Below, piece after piece: positions 57,509-64,000 of a stretch of DNA of 64,000 nt. Below the pieces are notes generated by a model that saw nothing but the letters and a program-made list of their open reading frames with translations, searched no databases and had not been told where the DNA came from. The DNA is from Candidatus Aenigmatarchaeota archaeon. Its GTDB lineage: Archaea > Aenigmatarchaeota > Aenigmatarchaeia > GW2011-AR5. Position 1 is the first letter of the stretch. Every line of letters begins with the position of its first letter. Made by a program: the position numbers and the translations under genes. The DNA lies in assembly GCA_016198685.1 (NCBI GenBank), contig JACQID010000004.1, positions 256,001 through 320,000 of the forward strand, read 5' to 3'.

Positions 57509-59404
57509 CTATCTCACCCTTTCCCCGTCCCTGACTTTGCGGACAGGAGAAAGTATGGCAGCTTCGTCCCCGGCTGCAAGGAGCATGCCTTGGGACTCCA
57601 CTCCACGAATAGAAGCAGGCTCTAAGTTTGTTATTATTGCCACTTGCATGCCTTTCAATTCTTCAGGCTTATAGAAGTTTCTTATTCCAGAAACAATTTG
57701 CCTTTTTTCATTACCGAGCTTAACAGTAAGTATATACAGCTTATCGGCATTAGGATGATTTTTAACATCTTCTACAGTACCGATTTTTAATTCCACCTTT
57801 CCAAATTCCTTTATCGGCAGCATTCCATTTTTCATCTCAATAATATCTTTAGTGTTGATTAGTTTTATGCCTATGCCTCCTGCCTTTTTATCATGGAGAT
57901 GCTCTACTGTAACAAAAAGTTTCTGAGGTTTTATCTCTACGCCCTTCTTCACGCTGTCCTTGCCCATGTCTTTTGAATCAAGTGAAGCTCCTAAAGACTC
58001 TAAGCCCTTTACTGCAGCGAAAGGTATGAATGGATAAAGCAGGATGCATAAGTCCTTCAGCCTGTTAACGGCAAAATGTATTATAGCGCCGCTTGATTCT
58101 GGATTTTCCCAAGGCTTCTTGTGCTGGAAGTATTTGTTCACTTCTGAACACAGAGACATCACAGTTTCTAAAGCTTCATTAAACCGGAAATTATCCATAA
58201 ATTCCTCGAATCCAGCTCTTTTATCTTCAAAGACCTTTTCTACAGCCTCTTCATCCTTTCCGTTCTTGGGAGAAGGCACTTTGCCATCAAAATTATTTTC
58301 TATGAAGGAAGTTATTCTATAGAAAAGATTGGAAAAGTTAGATACAAGTTCTGAGTTTATCCTTTCAACAAGGGCCTTTTCTGAGAAGTCGCCGTCATCG
58401 AATGGCGGTATTTCCCGGAGCATGAAATATCTTAGAGCGTCAGCACCGTACTTTTCAACGAGCATGAACGGATCAACTACGTTGCCAAGGCTCTTGCTCA
58501 TCTTCTCTCCTTCAACTGTTATGTATCCATGCACAAACAATAACTTGGGGAGTTTGAGACCTGCAGAAAGCAGCATTGCTGGCCAATAGACTGCATGGAA
58601 TCGTATAATTCCTTTTCCTATGACGTGCACATCCGCCGGCCACCATTTATTATAGCTCTTTGCATCCTTTCCATAGCCAACTGCCGTCTGATAAACATTC
58701 AGGGCATCGAACCATACGTACATTATCTGGGAAGGATCGCCTGGCACAGGCACTCCCCATCCTTTTGCTCTTTTTACCGACCGGGAAACGCTGAAATCCT
58801 CGAGGCCAGAGCGTATGAAACTCATGACTTCGTTCTTTCTGGATTCGGGAACTATTCTGAGTTCATCGTTTTCTATCAGTTTTTCCAGCCTCTTTTGATA
58901 TTTTGAAAGCCTGAAAAAATAATTCTCCTCCTCAACGATCTCGGGCTCCTTCTTATGCTCCCGGCACAAGCCGTTTTCGAGCTCGCTTTCTGTGTAGAAT
59001 GCCTCGCATCCCACACAATACATGCCCTTGTATTTTTTCTTGTATATGTCGCCTGCCTTATCGCAAAGTTTCCACATTTCCTGAACGCCTCTGAAATGTT
59101 CGTCTGGCAAAGAAGAACGCAGGAATGTATTGTAGGAGAGTCCTATCTTGTCCATGAATTGCCTGAATTTTTCTGCGTTGCGCACGCACAGTTCTGGAGG
59201 CGTTATGCCCTCCTTTTCTGCAGCTTGAACGTTCTTCAGGCTGTTCTCGTCAGAGCCTGTGGCAAGAAAAGTGCCAATGCCGCTGATTTTTTTCCAGCGC
59301 GCAATAGCATCGGTCTGTATGAATTCAAGCGCATGACCTATATGAGGCGCTGCATTGACGTATGGAATCGCCGTCGTTATATAAAATTTTTTTAGATCTT
59401 TCAT
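57509..59404 (-). CDS. metG: Methionyl-tRNA synthetase with C-terminal tRNA-binding domain
   Basis: TTAIPYVNAAPHIGH, CxxC-x13-CxxH knuckle, YVWFDAL, KMSKS, HPNADKL...GVESQGMLLAA. Confidence 0.96.
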   Translation of the reverse strand: MKDLKKFYITTAIPYVNAAPHIGHALEFIQTDAIARWKKISGIGTFLATGSDENSLKNVQAAEKEGITPPELCVRNAEKFRQFMDKIGLSYNTFLRSSLPDEHFRGVQEMWKLCDKAGDIYKKKYKGMYCVGCEAFYTESELENGLCREHKKEPEIVEEENYFFRLSKYQKRLEKLIENDELRIVPESRKNEVMSFIRSGLEDFSVSRSVKRAKGWGVPVPGDPSQIMYVWFDALNVYQTAVGYGKDAKSYNKWWPADVHVIGKGIIRFHAVYWPAMLLSAGLKLPKLLFVHGYITVEGEKMSKSLGNVVDPFMLVEKYGADALRYFMLREIPPFDDGDFSEKALVERINSELVSNFSNLFYRITSFIENNFDGKVPSPKNGKDEEAVEKVFEDKRAGFEEFMDNFRFNEALETVMSLCSEVNKYFQHKKPWENPESSGAIIHFAVNRLKDLCILLYPFIPFAAVKGLESLGASLDSKDMGKDSVKKGVEIKPQKLFVTVEHLHDKKAGGIGIKLINTKDIIEMKNGMLPIKEFGKVELKIGTVEDVKNHPNADKLYILTVKLGNEKRQIVSGIRNFYKPEELKGMQVAIITNLEPASIRGVESQGMLLAAGDEAAILSPVRKVRDGERVR

Positions 59405-59435
59405 CAGTATCTATAGTGAAAAAGGAAATTAAACC

Positions 59436-59897
59436 TTAATTTTTACGCATTTCCAGCCTTGTTCCCGTATTTGTTCGCCATAAAGGATCATATGATGTGA
59501 AATATCCAGAATCACGATGTTGACCACCGAGAACCTCATGTTTTGCCATTATTTCTGCCGCAAGCAATGGCCTTCCTTTTTCACCCACGTATGCTGCCAG
59601 CATTTCCCAGGGATATTCAGCTTCCATGCGTCTGGAAAAAGTATACTCGTCTTCGGAGGGATTCCTAAGATTATTCATATGGACAGGAACATAAGCCGGA
59701 TCGGCGGCGCCGTTCTTGATAATGGTGAGCCTGCCATCCGGAAGATAAGAATACCGCCTATTCATCACAGCATCTTGGTAAAATTGCCCAAAAGGAGATA
59801 TTTTTCCATTGTCAAGAGTCTGGAGCCATAATGCCTTTAAACCGATCTCCAACGCCCCGCTTTCACAGTACATGACTATCTTTTTCAGAAGATACAT
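59436..59897 (-). CDS. Hypothetical protein (orphan)
   Basis: 153-aa ORF filling the metG-trpS gap. Confidence 0.6.
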   Translation of the reverse strand: MYLLKKIVMYCESGALEIGLKALWLQTLDNGKISPFGQFYQDAVMNRRYSYLPDGRLTIIKNGAADPAYVPVHMNNLRNPSEDEYTFSRRMEAEYPWEMLAAYVGEKGRPLLAAEIMAKHEVLGGQHRDSGYFTSYDPLWRTNTGTRLEMRKN

Positions 59898-59960
59898 TAA
59901 AAATATTTATTACTATATGTAATTGATATGCAAATTTGCATAAGATAATTAACAAAACTC

Positions 59961-61079
59961 TCAGAATCCTTGTCCTTCCACAAATTTCTCGACAGCGATC
60001 CTGGATTTTTGCATCTTTTGCTGGTGTTCCTTGAGGAATAAAACTATTTTTTCTATTGCAATCTGCTTCAGTTCGCCTGAGAGAAGCTTTCCTGCCTTAT
60101 AATCATTGTAAACAGAATTCAGTTTTTCGTCGTCCTGTTCAAGCGCAAATTTAAGCATCTGAAAAGACACGTCTATGTCAGGATTGCCGCCTTTCTTCCT
60201 GTGTTCCTCAAGTGACTCCCTTCCGCCGGAGAAGGCGTATTTCATGATCTTCTTTGATGCCTCTTCGGGCGTGTCTGTAAGCGCTATGTAGGACGTAGGA
60301 TCGGAAGAAGACATTTTTCCGCCTTTAAGGCCTGGCATGAATTTATGATACGTCGAGCTTAATTGAATGAAATTGAATGCCTTGATTCTCTGCGACATAT
60401 CACGAGCAATACGCAGATGCGGATCCTGGTCGCATCCTACGGGCACAACAACCGGCAACGGTCCCTCGAATTGCGGCAATTGCGGGTGCAGCATGTCTGA
60501 TGCCTGGAGCAAAGCTGATGCCATCTTTCCCGGGCTTATATCGCCGTATATCGCCTTGAACTCGTTGAAGGTTGCATGCCTTGCAAGCATATTTGCCAAG
60601 GAATAGTATGCTGAAGATTTCTTTCCATCTTTTGAGCGCATGGACTGAAAATAAAAGTCGCATTTGTTAAGGTCAAGCCCGAGCGCTGCATAATTCATGA
60701 GGTATTCCTCAATAGCCGTGGTTCTCAATTGTCCCATGTCGGGGATTCTCGAATTATACGCTTCCACATCAGCGACTGTAATGTAGACTTTTGCCCCTAG
60801 CTTCTGGTAGAATATCATCTGCTCGGCCACCATCTTGTGCCCGAAATGGAATTTGCCGGATGGCATAAGCCCTGTCATCATGACAAATGGCTGGCGGTTC
60901 TCAACTGCACTTGCAACTCTTGCAAAATCTCGGTGCGCAAAGACTATCTTTCTTCTAAAAAGCATGTTTTTGCTGAATTGTACAGGTAGCGCACTGAAAA
61001 ATTCCAGACCGAATTCCTTCACAAGCTTTTCATAGTCTATTTTAGCTGGAACTTCCCAAGGAGTTACTTTTGATGTCAT
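59961..61079 (-). CDS. trpS: Tryptophanyl-tRNA synthetase (archaeal type)
   Basis: VTPWEV, TGLMPSGKFHFGH, DQDPH, KMSSS, AFSGGR. Confidence 0.96.
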   Translation of the reverse strand: MTSKVTPWEVPAKIDYEKLVKEFGLEFFSALPVQFSKNMLFRRKIVFAHRDFARVASAVENRQPFVMMTGLMPSGKFHFGHKMVAEQMIFYQKLGAKVYITVADVEAYNSRIPDMGQLRTTAIEEYLMNYAALGLDLNKCDFYFQSMRSKDGKKSSAYYSLANMLARHATFNEFKAIYGDISPGKMASALLQASDMLHPQLPQFEGPLPVVVPVGCDQDPHLRIARDMSQRIKAFNFIQLSSTYHKFMPGLKGGKMSSSDPTSYIALTDTPEEASKKIMKYAFSGGRESLEEHRKKGGNPDIDVSFQMLKFALEQDDEKLNSVYNDYKAGKLLSGELKQIAIEKIVLFLKEHQQKMQKSRIAVEKFVEGQGF

Positions 61080-61131
61080 GATCTCACTCACAATATTTAA
61101 TTTCAGTACTTTAATATGTTAATCTTCCATG

Positions 61132-62286
61132 TCAATATTTAGATCCTGGGATTGAATGCATGATAATTCTTTCACAGCCTCGGCAGGCGTTCTTATTACC
61201 GGCTGAATAGATAGGGCATCGAGAAATTACTTCATAAATTACTGAGTCCTCTATATGAGGAGAGCATATCAAATAATCAAGAATACCTCTGCTTCCGCCT
61301 TTGCAGTGGCCTGTCGCATTTCTTAATTTTTGTGCCAGACCTAAAGCTTGTCTGAAAGCAGTCTTATCTTGATATCGTTCTTCTATAGGATCGCCCAATG
61401 TAAGTAATCCGTTTGCGGTTCCAGCAGCATGCATGGGCCTATCTGGATTGATTATATCAGGAAGATATACAAAGGGTACCAAATTTACATCTTCAGCGTG
61501 GGGCATACATGAATTTCTTATAATTTCGGTAGTCTGCATTTCATTAAAGCTGCCAAGAACAATAACGTTTTGGCTTCTGCCAAAAGCGATAGGATAGTAT
61601 ATGGTTGCTGCCGTGTCAAGTATAGCTTCTTGTATAACTTCGGGCGGCACCCCTAAAGTGCTTACTCTTTCATATATAGATCGCCCATCATAATGGCCTA
61701 AACGCCTTTTTACTTCCCTCTTGTTTCTTAGCACGTCTTTTATTTCACCAAGCTCTTTGTTTTTATTTTCCGTATCCAGTATAAGATTATTAGGAATGTC
61801 GCCTGCCAAAACATAAAGCCGCTCAAGTAAGGCATCAAATTCTCCATTAAACGAGTTATTACTCATATTGTATCTGCTGCCTGTAATATGTCTATATTCT
61901 CTGCTTGGTACTACAACGAGATTTCTACTATTTCCAAAATGATCTTTTGTATTGGCATCGAAATCTTGATGAATTCTTATATTTTGCACAAGTTGCATGC
62001 TTGGCAAATCGTTATAAGGGGGGCTTTGCCTTGACCGCGGCAGAATACACATGCCAGAAATGACGGTCGTTGTATCTTGTTTCCTGACAGCTTCTAACTG
62101 TCTTGCGTGCATAATATTTCTTCGTATAGGCGTTACCGAATCGAATATTGTGATATCCCTCGCACCATCAGGTTGAAAGTTAAAATATTTGAAAGGGTCG
62201 TAAAAATCACCATATATATTTCTTTGGGCGTGCAATTCGCTAAGTCTCCTGCCTTCGTCCTTAATTCTATCCAGTACATCAGTCAT
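61132..62286 (-). CDS. Hypothetical protein with Cys-rich C-terminus
   Basis: 384-aa ORF; ATGA overlap with upstream wHTH relic. Confidence 0.75.
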   Translation of the reverse strand: MTDVLDRIKDEGRRLSELHAQRNIYGDFYDPFKYFNFQPDGARDITIFDSVTPIRRNIMHARQLEAVRKQDTTTVISGMCILPRSRQSPPYNDLPSMQLVQNIRIHQDFDANTKDHFGNSRNLVVVPSREYRHITGSRYNMSNNSFNGEFDALLERLYVLAGDIPNNLILDTENKNKELGEIKDVLRNKREVKRRLGHYDGRSIYERVSTLGVPPEVIQEAILDTAATIYYPIAFGRSQNVIVLGSFNEMQTTEIIRNSCMPHAEDVNLVPFVYLPDIINPDRPMHAAGTANGLLTLGDPIEERYQDKTAFRQALGLAQKLRNATGHCKGGSRGILDYLICSPHIEDSVIYEVISRCPIYSAGNKNACRGCERIIMHSIPGSKY

Positions 62287-62517
62287 ATCGCATCAGCTTC
62301 CCTCTCGACAAAATAAACCCTTTTCCTCCGATCGGAGAAGAAAATGCAGGAAGAAACATAGCCACGACTGAGAAGCGATTTGATTGCGTATTTGACCGCT
62401 CTAGGCGAAAGCCTTGTTGTAGAAATTATTTCCTTCTGGCAGACACCAAAGACTATGATTGACAGATATCAATAAGAGTACCTTGTTCTCCGAATCCGTC
62501 AATCCAAAGGCATTCAC
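62283..62517 (-). pseudogene. Frameshifted winged-HTH (MarR/AsnC-like) regulator
   Basis: Frame A VNAFGLTDSENKVLLLISVN; frame B VCQKEIISTTRLSPRAVKYAIKSLLSRGYV...SDRRKRVYFV; switch near 62455-62465. Confidence 0.65.
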
Positions 62518-62612
62518 CCATCTTAATCACTTCTCTTTACTGCATGCCGGAATTTAAATACCGGACTATAGGTGCAAAACCGATATTTAAACATTGAACA
62601 TAATCGTTTATT

Positions 62613-63205
62613 ATGAAACTAAAATTTGCCGGCATAGAATTAGAGCGGGAAAAAACACCGTTGGATGAATTTGTCATTGATTTTTGCCAATTGTTAAAGC
62701 AATCTGGAATACGCTATGTTATTATTTCAGGATACGTTGCTATACTATTCGGAAGAAGCAGGTCCTCTGAAGATGTTGACGTTATAACAGAGGCCATAGA
62801 TTCCGATAAATTTTCGGCATTATGGAACAAGTTGGATAATAGCTTTGAATGCCTTAATACGACCAACAAGGAGAGGCATATGCAGGCTATATATCACAAA
62901 ACGTCGCCCTGCGATTTTCTAGGCCAAAAAAGTATATACCTAACATGGAGATAAAATTTCCTTCGATGAAATTGGAGACGTGGGTTTTGGATAATCGCCA
63001 GAACTGTATAATAGATAAAAATGAAATATGCATATCTCCTATAGAAACTCAAATAGCATTCAAGCTCTTCTTAGGGAGCGAAAAAGATTTGGAAGATGCC
63101 AAACACATTTACGGGATTTTTAAAAGTTCGTTGGACAATAATTTATTGGAAAGTTTACTAAACGAATTGAAACATAAAGAGAACTTCAGGAGGTATCTCA
63201 CATGA
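62613..63205 (+). pseudogene. Nucleotidyltransferase-fold (MNT-like) gene split by one frameshift
   Basis: First part has YVIISGYVAILFGRSRSSEDVD; second frame is open from 62858 (EAYAGYISQNVALRFSRPKKYIPNMEIKF...KDLEDA), giving one contiguous protein if a base is restored. Confidence 0.75.
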
Positions 63206-63333
63206 AAATCCCAAAAATAGACATGAAAGAAATGGAAAAATGGAAGCAGCGCAACTTTGAGGAGCGCATGAAATTCATAGACCAATACGTGGAATGGCTC
63301 AAGAAGAACAAAATAAGGGAAATAAAGAAGTGA
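63202..63333 (+). CDS. 43-aa helical protein coupled to the nucleotidyltransferase (not in ORF track)
   Basis: MKIPKIDMKEMEKWKQRNFEERMKFIDQYVEWLKKNKIREIKK; ATGA overlap; GGAGG upstream. Confidence 0.7.
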   Translation: MKIPKIDMKEMEKWKQRNFEERMKFIDQYVEWLKKNKIREIKK

Positions 63334-63349
63334 TGCCTTTGTTCTGGTC

Positions 63350-63826
63350 ATGTTTATGTTAGTCATCGTCTGCGGCCTCCCAGGCACCGGAAAAAGCTTT
63401 GTCGCCGAAATCGTTGCCGAAAAACTGGGCGCCGCTCTGCTGAGAACCGATGCGATAAGAAAAACGCTTTTTCCTCGCCCTGCATATACCGAAGAAGAGA
63501 AAACTAAGGTATACGAAGAGATGTTTCGCTTGGCAACGGAAAAGCTCGCCGAAGGAAACGTGGTGCTTGACGCGGTGTTTCCTCGTGAAAGCCTCCGAAA
63601 ACAGGCGCTTTCCTTGTCAAAAGACGCAGTCATCCTAAGAACTGCCTGCAACAAAAACACTGCAAATAAAAGGCTGTCAGGAAAACGGCCGCTCAGCGAT
63701 GCGGATTATAATGTTTATCTTAAAATAAAAGAGGAGTTTGAACCAATAAAAGAAAAACACCTCACCGTCAACACTGATTTGCCGAAGGCTGAAGTGAAGG
63801 AAAAAATTTATAGTATTTTCGCGTAG
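63350..63826 (+). CDS. AAA_33 / COG0645-type P-loop kinase
   Basis: VCGLPGTGKS, LRTDAIRKTLF, VVLDAVF, SDA. Confidence 0.88.
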   Translation: MFMLVIVCGLPGTGKSFVAEIVAEKLGAALLRTDAIRKTLFPRPAYTEEEKTKVYEEMFRLATEKLAEGNVVLDAVFPRESLRKQALSLSKDAVILRTACNKNTANKRLSGKRPLSDADYNVYLKIKEEFEPIKEKHLTVNTDLPKAEVKEKIYSIFA

Positions 63827-64000
63827 CTTTCCGCCAACAGGAAATATTTCGCCGCTTCTTCTGGTTTTTTTGAAAAGACCGCTATTTTTCCTCTCACATA
63901 GGCGCGGTAACATTTGTAAAAAGTCAGGAGACCTGTTGAGATCTCCTGCTGGCACGAAGAAATGAATATGTCCGCAAGATCCTTTCTTCCATGGAACTCA
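63808..64000 (-). CDS. COG2187 (APH-like) protein, C-terminal fragment (runs off window end)
   Basis: EFHGRKDLADIF...LLTFYKCYRAYVRGKI...AKYFLLAESYAKIL*; YKCYRAYVRxK motif. Confidence 0.8.
   Translation of the reverse strand, partial: EFHGRKDLADIFISSCQQEISTGLLTFYKCYRAYVRGKIAVFSKKPEEAAKYFLLAESYAKIL

Noticed and set aside
63677-63955. 92-aa minus-strand ORF in the ORF track
   Set aside because: Wrong frame; the COG2187 motif is in a different minus frame ending at 63808.

Overview
This is a 64-kb piece of an archaeal chromosome, most plausibly DPANN-like (Aenigmarchaeota-type gene content is an inference, not a computed assignment). It is dominated by housekeeping genes: the complete S10-spc ribosomal operon (rpl3 to secY), the rps19e-rpl39e-rpl31e-aIF6-pfdA-ftsY cluster, SRP54, proteasome alpha, aRF1, Cys/Val/Met/Trp tRNA synthetases, Lsm-rpl37e, rps8e, cmk and tatD. 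Accessory parts are the 3' end of a sufS-sufU-Rieske operon, a 2084-aa repeat-built surface protein with a PGF-pre-PGF partner, a VapBC-like pair, a copper-export island bracketed by two tRNA-Ala genes, a PEGA protein, several orphans and several frameshifted or deleted relics. The most unusual signals come from reading the DNA rather than the ORF track. (1) All five tRNA genes carry introns, including one at position 8/9 of tRNA-Ile whose splice motif borrows the acceptor stem, one in the D-arm of tRNA-Lys and a 90-nt multi-hairpin intron in tRNA-Ala. (2) The aIF1/SUI1 gene appears to start at ATA, suggesting start-fidelity autoregulation. (3) Two same-length, mutually similar 41-aa membrane micro-proteins sit between sufS and sufU. 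(4) An unannotated 54-aa zinc-ribbon gene lies inside the spc operon. (5) SecY carries an extra hydrophobic hairpin. (6) A PadR-TRASH regulator faces a copA / Met-rich membrane-cupredoxin / CxxC membrane protein operon. No CRISPR array, rRNA or transposase was seen.
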